Below are positions 18,952-27,919 of a stretch of 64,000 bases of DNA, in pieces (the stretch's first letter is position 1; every line of letters starts with the position of its first letter). Position numbers and translations under genes: made by a program. The stretch comes from an uncultured Bdellovibrionales bacterium. Lineage in GTDB: Bacteria > Bdellovibrionota_G > JALEGL01 > JAGRMV01. A model generated the notes under the pieces. It had not been told where the DNA came from, did no database searches, and saw nothing but the letters and a program-made list of their open reading frames with translations. The stretch spans positions 33,176-97,175 of the forward strand of contig CAZCBX010000010.1 in the NCBI GenBank assembly GCA_964497185.1, read 5' to 3'.

Positions 18952-19488
18952 ATGATGAACTTACGAAACATATTGCTATTGTTAATAACTGTATCTACAT
19001 CCACATTTGCTTTTGCAGACAAAACAGTTTGTAAAGCCAGTGGTGTAGAGCGTCACATTGAAGTGGTCTCCCTTGCGGATGGCAAAGACGTGCCCTGTGA
19101 GGTGCGCTATACCAAGCAAGGAGATACCAAAACCCTATGGACAGCTGAAAATGATGCGTCTTATTGCCTGACCAAAGCCAAGGGCTTGGCTGAAAAGCTC
19201 AGTGCTGCTGGTTGGGATTGCGGCATGTCTGCAAGTCAAACGCAAGAAGCTGCGCCAATGGCCCAAAAGGCAGAGGCAGATGACATGGCCAAAACAGTGA
19301 CCGATGAGCCTGCGGGTCAGAAAAAGCCATGCTGCGAAGGCAAAAAAGAAACATGCAAAGCATGCGAAAAATCAGACCGAGCTTATAAGAAAAAAATGAG
19401 AAAAAAAGCCCGTGCTGAAAAACGAGCTGAAAAACGCCGTGCCAAGGAAATGTCTGACACAGAAGACACCAAAGAGGAGATGCAATAG
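18952..19488 (+). CDS. secreted hypothetical protein with a Cys cluster and a Lys/Glu-rich tail
   Basis: Signal peptide MMNLRNILLLLITVSTSTFAFA; CCEGKKETCKACEK motif; C-terminus KKKMRKKARAEKRAEKRRAKE. Confidence 0.5.
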   Translation: MMNLRNILLLLITVSTSTFAFADKTVCKASGVERHIEVVSLADGKDVPCEVRYTKQGDTKTLWTAENDASYCLTKAKGLAEKLSAAGWDCGMSASQTQEAAPMAQKAEADDMAKTVTDEPAGQKKPCCEGKKETCKACEKSDRAYKKKMRKKARAEKRAEKRRAKEMSDTEDTKEEMQ

Positions 19489-19513
19489 AATTTTTTGCCA
19501 GATTTTGAGCAAA

Positions 19514-19557
19514 CAAAAAAGGGTTCATGAGCATTGGCTCATGAACCCTTTTTTTTA
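19514..19557. terminator. bidirectional Rho-independent terminator
   Basis: aaaaaaa-gggttcatgagc-attg-gctcatgaaccc-ttttttttt: a 12-bp perfect stem flanked by an A-run and a T-run, between convergent genes. Confidence 0.8.
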
Positions 19558-20943
19558 TTCAGGCTGACAGCTGCCGTTGATGCATCGGATTTCAATGCTT
19601 GTGGGGTCGGATGGGTCCCGGTTATCTACATCATTGATCGCTCGAAGGGTAAACACAATCGAGTGATCATCCGATTGAGTGCCAAAGTAACTCAGATGAA
19701 TGAAAAAGTCATCCTTATGCGTAACGGGCGCAAAAACGGCAGTTGAGATGGGAGCACTGGTTTCGTTGGTCAAGTTGTCCACCCCATGAATGTCGATGAG
19801 AAACATATCCACCTGGTCAATTTCACCAAAGGTATACGTCCAATCGAGATCCACAAACAATGTACCGCTGCCATTGACATAGTAATAATCAAAATGGAAG
19901 TTGCCTGGGGTGTCCAATTGATTGTTAATTGGGGTGACAGGTCCTGCTTCTGGCGTGGTAAACACATCGCCGTTGTCATAGGTGATGACCAAACGGTATT
20001 TGTATGATGAGCTGCTGCTAACCAGGGTGTCCATGTAGGACGTGGTGGTGGTTGCCAAAGGAAGGCCTCGGTCCATCCACTGTCCCTCATTGGCTTTTAT
20101 TTGCAATTGAACCTCATCCACCAAACCAAGGCTGCCTTGTGTCCAGTCCCACGTTACTTCGATGGCGCTGGGTTGAGCGGTCAAAGCAAGATTGGTGGGT
20201 GTGGGAAAATCCTCATCCAACAATGGTGAGACAGGCCCTACAGGAGATGTTTGATAGGTAGTGCCGTCGGTGTAAGTTAGCAGAAGGCGGTAGGTATAAT
20301 TTTGTCCGACTTGAACCAGGGTATCGGTGAAAGTTTGATTGTTGGTGTTGTATTGAGGCACGCCATAGTTTGCCCACGGTCCTGTGCCAACTTTGCGTTG
20401 AATGCGGAAAAAACTTAAAAGACCCGCATTGCCTGTGGTCCAATTCCAGGAGAGGTTGATGGTACCTTGTCCTGCTTGTGCGGCTAAACCATAAGCGACT
20501 ATGGCGTCTTCAGCGACATCACTGTCGAGCGTGGTCACCAAAATGCCATCGGTGTAGGAGGAAGCTTGGTCTGTGGATCTTGCTTGAATGCGAATTTCAT
20601 ATTCTTGGCTGGGGTTGAGGTTGGTGAGTTCAAATTGTACGGTTGTTGCGTCAACAGTGTCCCAATGCTCATACGCGCCATCGGCTTGATCTGAAGTTTT
20701 GCCCTCAATGCGAATGTCAATTTCTTCGGCCTGGTCGGGCTGATCCCATTGGATGGTGATGGAAGTGCTCGATGAAGCATAACCCACCAAGCCATTGGGA
20801 ACCCCTAGCTCCTTGGGGTCGGGGTTGCCGCTGCCACTGGTGGTGGCATTTTCGTCCTGTAGTGTCATGGGCACATTTCGACAAGCCTGTGTGCCAAACA
20901 ACACGATGGAAAACATAAGAAAGGTGGTGATGGTCTTTTTCAT
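19555..20943 (-). CDS. secreted protein with tandem fibronectin type III-like domains
   Basis: Signal peptide MKKTITTFLMFSIVLFG; repeated Fn3-like units (ITIQWDQP...YEIRIQARS, EVTWDWTQG...YKYRLVI). Confidence 0.55.
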   Translation of the reverse strand: MKKTITTFLMFSIVLFGTQACRNVPMTLQDENATTSGSGNPDPKELGVPNGLVGYASSSTSITIQWDQPDQAEEIDIRIEGKTSDQADGAYEHWDTVDATTVQFELTNLNPSQEYEIRIQARSTDQASSYTDGILVTTLDSDVAEDAIVAYGLAAQAGQGTINLSWNWTTGNAGLLSFFRIQRKVGTGPWANYGVPQYNTNNQTFTDTLVQVGQNYTYRLLLTYTDGTTYQTSPVGPVSPLLDEDFPTPTNLALTAQPSAIEVTWDWTQGSLGLVDEVQLQIKANEGQWMDRGLPLATTTTSYMDTLVSSSSSYKYRLVITYDNGDVFTTPEAGPVTPINNQLDTPGNFHFDYYYVNGSGTLFVDLDWTYTFGEIDQVDMFLIDIHGVDNLTNETSAPISTAVFAPVTHKDDFFIHLSYFGTQSDDHSIVFTLRAINDVDNRDPSDPTSIEIRCINGSCQPE

Positions 20944-21118
20944 GCTGATATAAAGAGCAATAGTTGTGCCAACGTGGTTACTTTATAAGTATTTGAATTT
21001 ATTGGATTATATTTATTGAAACCTGCTTATTTTTTGCACAATCATGCAGCAGGGATGTCCAGCCCCTCCAAGGGCCAAAAGGGATGAAATCACAGCGCAA
21101 AAAAGGTAGAGAGAAACC

Positions 21119-21631
21119 ATGCCCATTGTAGAAGATGTCATTAAACCCAATTTGCCCCTTTTGATCTGTGGGTCTGCGCTGGGCAATGTATCGGCTCAGA
21201 AAAAAGCTTACTATGCGCACCCCCAAAACCGATTTTGGAAAACGCTTTATGAAGTAGGGCTGACCCCTCACATCATTGCGCCTCAAAACTATGGCACCTT
21301 GTTGAAGTACGGCATCGGCTTAACCGATTTGTGCAAAGAAGAATCTGGACTGGATTCTCAATTGTCCAAACAAGCCTATGATGTACCTCGCTTAGCAAAC
21401 CTCATTGAACAATACACGCCTGGCATGCTTGTATTTAGTGCGCTGGCGCCGGCACGTGCATTCATGCGGGGGCACTTTGGCGTGGCAAAACAACGTGTAT
21501 CCACCGGCCTTCAACCCCAAAGCCTGACCCATACAAAGATTTTTATTTGCACCTCTACATCGCCGCTTTATCCGAACCAAAAGAGAACGCTGACTCTGTG
21601 GCGTGAGGTAGCGCGTTTGATACGCGCTTGA
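21119..21631 (+). CDS. mug: G/U mismatch-specific uracil-DNA glycosylase (Mug/TDG family)
   Basis: PNLPLLICGSALG, AHPQNRFWKTLYEVGLT and LLKYGIGLTDL closely parallel E. coli Mug (GLRVVFCGINPG, AHPANRFWKVIYQAGFT, LLDYRCGVTKL). Confidence 0.8.
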   Translation: MPIVEDVIKPNLPLLICGSALGNVSAQKKAYYAHPQNRFWKTLYEVGLTPHIIAPQNYGTLLKYGIGLTDLCKEESGLDSQLSKQAYDVPRLANLIEQYTPGMLVFSALAPARAFMRGHFGVAKQRVSTGLQPQSLTHTKIFICTSTSPLYPNQKRTLTLWREVARLIRA

Positions 21632-21712
21632 ATAAAAATTGCACTTCTTGAGTGCTTGCGTTACTACTTTGTTTTTTATTTACTCAAATTCATTGAAGGG
21701 GCTATTTTTACA

Positions 21713-22153
21713 GTGAATTTTCAAATCCATCGGTACCCACTGTTGGTTCAAGAGCATCATTTGGATTCATTTGGTCACATGAACAATGCCACCTATTTGC
21801 AAATTTTAGAACAAGCCCGCTGGGATATGATTACTCAGAGGGGCTATGGCTACAAAGAAATTCAAGCCACCGGTTTGGGGCCAACCATTTTAGAGATTCA
21901 TATGAAATTTTTAAAAGAGCTGCATCTTCGTGATGAAGTTACCATTGAAACCCAAGCCTTGTCGTACAACAAAAAAATTGGCTACGTGCGGCAGCAAATT
22001 AACCATGCATCGCGTGGACTCTGTTTCGAAGCAACACTAACGTTTGGTTTGTTTGATATCCATAAAAGAAAATTGGTTACAGCCACATCACAGTGGCTCA
22101 AAGCGTTGGGCATTGATCCCAAAGATTATGCTGGGCAGGAAAATCAGTCATGA
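21713..22153 (+). CDS. acyl-CoA thioesterase, 4HBT/YbgC-like
   Basis: Hotdog-fold motifs (DSFGHMNNATYLQILEQARWDMI); start uncertain (GTG 21713 or TTG 21656). Confidence 0.6.
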   Translation: MNFQIHRYPLLVQEHHLDSFGHMNNATYLQILEQARWDMITQRGYGYKEIQATGLGPTILEIHMKFLKELHLRDEVTIETQALSYNKKIGYVRQQINHASRGLCFEATLTFGLFDIHKRKLVTATSQWLKALGIDPKDYAGQENQS

Positions 22154-23910
22154 ACGAAAAGCCGGCACTAACGCGACTGATTCGTTATGCCAAAGACGAT
22201 CGAAAAAATGCCATTTGGGCTTCCATTTATTCATTTGCCAACAAAGTCTTTGACATTGCACCGGAGATTTTAATTGGTTTTGCCATTGATGTGGTGGTGT
22301 CCAAACAAAATTCATTTGTGGCCAGGATGGGCATTGAAGACCCCTGGCATCAAGTCATTGCGCTGGGCGTACTGACATTGGTGATCTGGGTGTGTGAGTC
22401 GCTTTTTGAATACTTGCATCTGATCTCGTGGCGTAACCTTGCGCAAAACATTCAGCATAAGCTTCGCACGGATGTGTATAGCCATGTACAAAATTTGGAC
22501 ATGGCTTACTTTGAAGATCAAAGTTCAGGCAATCTGGTATCGGTGCTCAATGACGACGTGAATCAACTGGAGCGTTTTTTGGATGGGGGCGCCAATGATT
22601 TTATTCAAACATTAACCGCTGTGGTTTTGGTGGGCGCGGTTTTTATATTCATATCGCCCACCATTGCATGGGTGGCTTTTATGCCCATTCCACTGGTGAT
22701 TGTGGGTGCTTTTTACTTTCAAAAAAGAGCGGTGCCCATGTATGCCCAAGTACGGGAGAAAGTAGGGCTTTTGGCCTCGCGTTTAAACAACAACATAGCG
22801 GGTATTTTAAGCATTAAAAGTTTTACACGCGAAGCCCAACAGGCCCAATTGCTGCGTGATGAAAGTTTGGCCTACGTACAAGCCAACCACAAAGCCATTG
22901 CAGTGAGCTCAGCATTTACGCCCATCATTCGAATGGCCGTGTTGGCGGGCTTTTTGGCGACATTTTTATTGGGTGGGTGGAAAGTGCTGCAAGGGGATTT
23001 GCGCGTGGGGATGTATGGCGTCTTGGTTTTTTTAACGCAGCGACTTCTTTGGCCACTGACGCGCCTGGCCACCACGGTAGATTTATACGAGCGGGCCATG
23101 GCATCCACACGGCGAATTTTGGATTTAAAACAAGTGCCCATTGAAATTGTATCGGGGCATTTTAAACCCGATAAACTCAAAGGCACGTTTGTGCTTAAAA
23201 ACGTTGATTTTAAATACCAAACGGGGGGCCCCGTACTCAAAGATATCTCTCTGCATATCCCTGCCAAAAAAACTGTGGCCTTTGTAGGCGCAACAGGTTC
23301 AGGCAAGAGCACGCTGATCAAACTGCTTTCTCGTTATTACGAGCCAACCTCGGGCGATGTGTGGTTGGATGCCCGACCGCTTTCGGATTACGATTTGCAA
23401 AGCTTGCGACAGCGCATTGGCTTGGTAAGTCAAGATACGTATTTGTTTCACGGCAGCGTAAAAGAAAATTTGCTATTTGGTCAGCTGGAGGCATCGGATG
23501 AGCAATTGATCGAGGCGGCGACCATGGCCGAAGCCCATGACTTTATTCAGGCCTTGCCCGAAGGGTATGACACGATCATTGGCGAACGCGGGCAAAAATT
23601 ATCGGGTGGTCAACGTCAGCGATTGTCCATTGCACGGGCCATTGTCAAAAACCCCGATGTTTTAATTCTGGATGAAGCCACTTCGGCGGTCGACAACGAA
23701 ACCGAGGCAGCCATTCAGCGCGCCATGATCCACATTGCCAAAAACCGAACCACCATCATGATCGCCCATCGACTGTCCACCGTGGTGCAAGCCGATCAAA
23801 TTTATGTTTTGGAACAGGGCCGTATTGTTCAAGAAGGCAAGCACGCGCAGCTGCTTTCGCAAGAAGGCCCCTATCGCCAGCTATGGCAAGTACAAACCGG
23901 CCAGCGATGA
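22150..23910 (+). CDS. ABC transporter ATP-binding/permease protein (MsbA-like exporter) with canonical motifs
   Basis: Six-TM domain plus NBD carrying Walker A GATGSGKST, signature LSGGQRQR, Walker B LILDEATSAVD, and H-loop IAHRL. Confidence 0.85.
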   Translation: MNEKPALTRLIRYAKDDRKNAIWASIYSFANKVFDIAPEILIGFAIDVVVSKQNSFVARMGIEDPWHQVIALGVLTLVIWVCESLFEYLHLISWRNLAQNIQHKLRTDVYSHVQNLDMAYFEDQSSGNLVSVLNDDVNQLERFLDGGANDFIQTLTAVVLVGAVFIFISPTIAWVAFMPIPLVIVGAFYFQKRAVPMYAQVREKVGLLASRLNNNIAGILSIKSFTREAQQAQLLRDESLAYVQANHKAIAVSSAFTPIIRMAVLAGFLATFLLGGWKVLQGDLRVGMYGVLVFLTQRLLWPLTRLATTVDLYERAMASTRRILDLKQVPIEIVSGHFKPDKLKGTFVLKNVDFKYQTGGPVLKDISLHIPAKKTVAFVGATGSGKSTLIKLLSRYYEPTSGDVWLDARPLSDYDLQSLRQRIGLVSQDTYLFHGSVKENLLFGQLEASDEQLIEAATMAEAHDFIQALPEGYDTIIGERGQKLSGGQRQRLSIARAIVKNPDVLILDEATSAVDNETEAAIQRAMIHIAKNRTTIMIAHRLSTVVQADQIYVLEQGRIVQEGKHAQLLSQEGPYRQLWQVQTGQR

Positions 23911-24368
23911 AAGCAGTCCATTTGAACCACAGCGCGAAAGGGTATGCAGGGGCTGTTTTGGGTGGCTTATGCTTAACTGCCATGCTTTATCTCAATGGCA
24001 CCTTGGCCCAATATATTACCTCTAGCGTTGCCTCATTGGTTGTTCATGGCGTAGGGACAGCGGCTGCGGCATTGTTTTTAATGATGTTTCGACCCATGCG
24101 GCCCACCACAGTTCATAAAGCACCGCTATGGTCTTACGCAGGAGGAATATTGGGAGCCATCATGGTGGTGGTTTCCAATTATACGTTTAACAGTCGGCTT
24201 GGCATCACAGGCACCTTTGTGCTGATGCTGGCGGGGCAAACGGCTGTGAGTTTGTGGATTGACCAACGGGGATTGATGGGCATGCCTCAGCGCAAAGTGG
24301 ATCGCGTAGACGTTATACAAATTTTTCTGGTTCTTTTGGGGTGCGCCATGGTGATTTATGCCAAATGA
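23907..24368 (+). CDS. DMT-superfamily membrane protein, DUF606 (YdcZ-like), copy 1
   Basis: ~150 aa, four to five TM helices; paired with a paralogue downstream; start codon overlaps the ABC stop. Confidence 0.5.
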   Translation: MKAVHLNHSAKGYAGAVLGGLCLTAMLYLNGTLAQYITSSVASLVVHGVGTAAAALFLMMFRPMRPTTVHKAPLWSYAGGILGAIMVVVSNYTFNSRLGITGTFVLMLAGQTAVSLWIDQRGLMGMPQRKVDRVDVIQIFLVLLGCAMVIYAK

Positions 24369-24816
24369 ATACCTGCTGTTTGTTTTGACTGCTGTGGCTT
24401 TGATCAACGGTGGCAACATTGTTTTTAATCGCATACTCAACGCACGACTGGCCATGCATGTGGGCGCCATGCGATCTTCCTATTGGAATCATTTGGTGGG
24501 GTTACTGTTTATGGTGGTGTACGTTGGCTTTTTTCCAGCCAAAGAAATAACCGGACAGGATTGGGCTTCTGTGCCTTGGCACCTTTGGTTGGGGGGCGTG
24601 GTCGGCGTGGGTTTTGTATGGTTGATCAACCGGGTCATTTTGCTTCTGGGTGCAGTGCAAACCATGCTGGTGCTCTTGGTGAGTCAAATGATTTTTGGTT
24701 TGGTGGCCGATGTGCTGTTGGGCAAAGTGCGATCGTTGGGATGGGCTACGGCAGGCGTGGTTGTGCTTTTGATGGGCATGGCGCTGCGCGTGCGCTGGAA
24801 GAAAAAAGTATATTAG
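24358..24816 (+). CDS. DMT-superfamily membrane protein, DUF606 (YdcZ-like), copy 2
   Basis: 152 aa with similar hydropathy to copy 1; 11-nt overlap with the upstream gene. Confidence 0.5.
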   Translation: MPNEYLLFVLTAVALINGGNIVFNRILNARLAMHVGAMRSSYWNHLVGLLFMVVYVGFFPAKEITGQDWASVPWHLWLGGVVGVGFVWLINRVILLLGAVQTMLVLLVSQMIFGLVADVLLGKVRSLGWATAGVVVLLMGMALRVRWKKKVY

Positions 24817-24819
24817 CCT

Positions 24820-25491
24820 TTAAGGCTGTAGCTCAATTTTATTCACCATAACTTTATAATCAGAGGCCGTGTCGTCACCATCGCTGCTGAGCCATATCGC
24901 GAGAATGGGCGACTTGTTTTGGATGGGTACAGTGATGTTGTACTTGCCACTGTCTTGGGTGGGCGCAACATAATATTCATGAAGCAGGTCCGATAAGGGA
25001 TGGGTGCGGTTTTTGTTTTTGAGGGCCGGGTCAGAATGGATGGTGTAAAAATCAATTCGGTTTACACCCGTGTCGGGTGCCAACGAAAACAAGGTTTTGA
25101 TCCAGTCAGCGGCAAGCATTTTTTTCAATCCACTTAATTTTTGTTTGCCTTCATGCACCAAGCCCAATCGAAATAAAAAATCATCGGCTCCTTTTTCACC
25201 TTGGGCTTGCTGGCCCAAACTGAGCTTGCCTTCAATGGATAGCTGAAACGTAAGTTGATTTGCGTTGGTGGGTTGGGGCAGAGGGTAAATGAGTGGACTT
25301 GCGGATTTGTTCACGGCAATGCGCATGCCTTGTTTGGAAAAATCAACTTCGTTGGGCGTAATTTTTCGATAGGTTAGCAGCTGCCATTTCTGTTTTTGTG
25401 TTAGATCAATGCGGACCGCTTGGCTTGTTTGGGCCAATGAAAAAGCGCTGCTAAGCAGGGTGAGGCTAAATAAAAGTGGGAGGTGTTTCAT
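24820..25491 (-). CDS. secreted hypothetical protein
   Basis: Signal peptide MKHLPLLFSLTLLSSAFSLAQ; no family recognised. Confidence 0.45.
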   Translation of the reverse strand: MKHLPLLFSLTLLSSAFSLAQTSQAVRIDLTQKQKWQLLTYRKITPNEVDFSKQGMRIAVNKSASPLIYPLPQPTNANQLTFQLSIEGKLSLGQQAQGEKGADDFLFRLGLVHEGKQKLSGLKKMLAADWIKTLFSLAPDTGVNRIDFYTIHSDPALKNKNRTHPLSDLLHEYYVAPTQDSGKYNITVPIQNKSPILAIWLSSDGDDTASDYKVMVNKIELQP

Positions 25492-25502
25492 GGTTTTGCT
25501 CC

Positions 25503-25694
25503 TCATTGTACACGTTGAATGGTTGTGCTTTCAATGGTTTCATTTGGGGTGACTTGGTATTGAATTTCAATGGGGTTGCAACACACTTGACAATCTTCAA
25601 TGTATTTTTGGGGGCCGTGGAGGGTCTCCAATACAAATGAGATGGTTTCAAAACAGTAGGGGCAGGTAAAAAAATATTCTTGGGTGCCCTGCAT
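25503..25694 (-). CDS. CPXCG-motif cysteine-rich small protein
   Basis: MQGTQEYFFTCPYCFE...CQVCCNP: two Cys pairs in ~60 aa, as in the CPXCG family. Confidence 0.5.
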   Translation of the reverse strand: MQGTQEYFFTCPYCFETISFVLETLHGPQKYIEDCQVCCNPIEIQYQVTPNETIESTTIQRVQ

Positions 25695-25696
25695 GG

Positions 25697-27244
25697 CTAT
25701 TTTTTCCACTGAATTTCATAAAGATCGTGACGACGATCTTTTAAATTTTGCACCGCGCCGGATTGCCGTGCGCTTTCCAAATCTTGAATGCGTAGATCGG
25801 CAAAGGATACGGTTTCTACATTGGGCGTGGTGTCGGCCGCAATGCCATCACGCGCAAAGGCAAAATCACACGGGGTGAGAATGCAACTTTGGGAGTATTG
25901 AATGTCCATATTTTCCACGCCAGGCAGGTTGCCTACATTGCCCGACAACACCACATAAATTTGGTTTTCAATGGCGCGGGCATGGCAGCTGTAACGAACC
26001 CGCATATAGCTTTTTCGTTCATCCGTACAAAAGGGAACAAACAAAATTTTCATGCCCTGATCGGTTAAGTGACGTGCCAACTCTGGAAACTCCGAATCAT
26101 AGCAAATCAGCACCCCAATGGTGCCACAATCGGTTTCAATGGCATGGAGTTTATCATCGCCTTTCAAGCCCCACCAAAAAACTTCATTGGGCGTGGCATG
26201 AATTTTGGATTGTTTGTGAATGGCGCCATCGCGTAAAAAAACGAAACACGTATTTTTAATGGATTGATCTTCATCAATTTCCGAGGTGGATCCACCAATG
26301 ATATTGATGTTGTAATCCATGGCCATTTTTTGCAAAACGCTGCAAAACTCTTGGGTGTAGGTATCCAGGTGGCGTACCGCTTTGGCGGGTGGCATGGGAT
26401 CGTTTTGAATGGACAGAAGCTGCATGGTGAACCACTCAGGAAACACAACAAAGTCAGCATGATAACCGCTGGCAACGTCCACAAAGTAACGAACAAATTT
26501 GGTAAATTCTTCAAACGATTGTACTTTTCTTTGCTCAAATTGAACCGTGGCCACCCGTACATACGGTTTGACGGATTTCACTTCGGTTCCTTGTTTAAAC
26601 TTTGTGGAGATGTATTTGGTATTTTTCCAATGCATCAACAAGCCATAGCCTTTGGAGTCGATGTCCGAAGGCAAATAGCGCTCAATGGGCCGAATGACTT
26701 CAAAGTCATTTCGAAATTGAAACAAAAGTGTGGAATCCCGAATTTTTCGGTTTTTGACCGCCTCTACATAACCCTCAATGCTTTTAACCCGTTTGGCATT
26801 TTTGTTGTAACGGGGCATGCGCCCCACAATGTAAATGCCTTTGAGGTTGAGTTTCTCACATAGGTTTTTGCGCGCTTGATAAAGCCGTTTGCCAATTCGC
26901 TGCCCCCTCGCATCAGGATCCACACACACCTCAAAGCCATAGAGACTATCGCCTTTGGGATCATGTCGAGACCCAAAACCGCCACCGGTAATCTCACCCC
27001 AGCTATGATCTTCCAGCGCCTGTTTAGAATTGGTTCGAAAGGTTGCGCAGTACCCAACAATCTGCCCGTTCTGCTCAACAAGCATTTGTCCTTCTGGAAA
27101 ATGATTAAGCTGCCCACGGATTTGCGCCGGTGAATAGGCGGACATGTTTTTGTAAACTTTTTTACACAGCGCAATGATGGCTTCAATGTCTTTTTCAGAA
27201 GCGATTTTAACAACGGTTTGAATTTTTCGAGCCTGTGTTTTCAT
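25697..27244 (-). CDS. bifunctional GNAT N-acetyltransferase / carbon-nitrogen hydrolase (nitrilase superfamily)
   Basis: N-terminal GNAT motif (QRIGKRLYQARKNLCEK), then a CN-hydrolase domain with catalytic-triad context (VVFPEWF, VLICYDSEFPE). Confidence 0.8.
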   Translation of the reverse strand: MKTQARKIQTVVKIASEKDIEAIIALCKKVYKNMSAYSPAQIRGQLNHFPEGQMLVEQNGQIVGYCATFRTNSKQALEDHSWGEITGGGFGSRHDPKGDSLYGFEVCVDPDARGQRIGKRLYQARKNLCEKLNLKGIYIVGRMPRYNKNAKRVKSIEGYVEAVKNRKIRDSTLLFQFRNDFEVIRPIERYLPSDIDSKGYGLLMHWKNTKYISTKFKQGTEVKSVKPYVRVATVQFEQRKVQSFEEFTKFVRYFVDVASGYHADFVVFPEWFTMQLLSIQNDPMPPAKAVRHLDTYTQEFCSVLQKMAMDYNINIIGGSTSEIDEDQSIKNTCFVFLRDGAIHKQSKIHATPNEVFWWGLKGDDKLHAIETDCGTIGVLICYDSEFPELARHLTDQGMKILFVPFCTDERKSYMRVRYSCHARAIENQIYVVLSGNVGNLPGVENMDIQYSQSCILTPCDFAFARDGIAADTTPNVETVSFADLRIQDLESARQSGAVQNLKDRRHDLYEIQWKK

Positions 27245-27351
27245 GTAGTTTAGCTTATCGCATGTTACCGGGTATGCCCAATTTTTGGGTTTATTGGCGT
27301 TTTTGTTTGGTTTTATTTGTTGGTTCTTTTTTTAAATATAAATCTGTGGGA

Positions 27352-27485
27352 CTTTGGGCTTGCCCCAGAAAAGCTCCACGAACTCCATGACGCGCCCTCC
27401 TGTCGAAGGTATTCTGAGTTGGTTGAGGGGTTTTCTTCGGCCAGGGTATCCCTTTTGTCAGACACATTCCGCTTTTCTGGGGCAA
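27352..27485. repeat. perfect 23-bp inverted repeat pair separated by 88 bp
   Basis: ctttgggcttgccccagaaaagc (27352-27374) is the exact reverse complement of gcttttctggggcaagcccaaag (27463-27485). Confidence 0.8.
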
Positions 27486-27778
27486 GCCCAAAGCTCCCCT
27501 GTAAACTTGACGGGTGGGGGTATGGTAAGCAGTCAAACGCCAAAGGCGTTTGTCTATATTCTATTTCCTACCCCAATACGTATGGTTAACAGGGCGCAGG
27601 TTCCGGAAAACTCATTGGCCTAAGATCGGCTGTATGAAAACAAAGCATGTACATCGGCAGAAAAAGCCATAAAGTTTCACCCGTTTTCGGGATGGCGTCC
27701 GGCAATCAGCAGGGGCAAAGGCCCCTGCCAATATCATGCGGCAAGGCTGTCCGAATAAGGAAAATCTGAAATCGCAGA

Positions 27779-27806
27779 AAGGGGACACACCTAAAGGTAT
27801 GTCCCC
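27779..27806 (-). terminator. candidate Rho-independent terminator downstream of the isocitrate dehydrogenase gene
   Basis: ggggacacacc-taaa-ggtatgtcccc hairpin; on the minus strand it is followed by ttctgcgatttcagatttt. It lies 115 nt past the stop. Confidence 0.4.
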
Positions 27807-27919
27807 CTGTAGCATCTTATTAGACAGGAGGAAACATCCGCGAGTCCGCGCAGCGTTTCCCCGGGGCGTGCACCTCGCCACAAATCTCTATTTAAAAAAA
27901 CCTAAACAAAAGAAAAAAA

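Larger units (their letters stand above)
27245..27919. other. 675 bp noncoding region rich in nested inverted repeats and GC hairpins; MITE-like remnant or unidentified structured RNA
   Basis: No frame longer than ~90 codons, and those that exist overlap on both strands. Outer imperfect inverted repeats at 27331-27350 / 27877-27896; an inner perfect 23-bp inverted repeat at 27352-27374 / 27463-27485; three further GC hairpins. Confidence 0.5.

Noticed and set aside
20999-21286. 95-aa minus-strand ORF overlapping the mug start
   Set aside because: It has no RBS or conservation signal. Mug identity on the plus strand is strong.
27245-27919. tmRNA, RNase P RNA, SRP RNA or 6S RNA as the identity of the structured intergenic region
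   Set aside because: On either strand I found none of the following: a CUCCACCA 3' end with a GGUUCGA T-loop, GGAAAGUCCGG together with ACAGAAnCCGGCUUA, or the SRP domain IV GGUCCGGAAGGAAGC. Only a loose CAGGUUCCGGAAAAC is present. A covariance-model search is needed before any RNA family is named.
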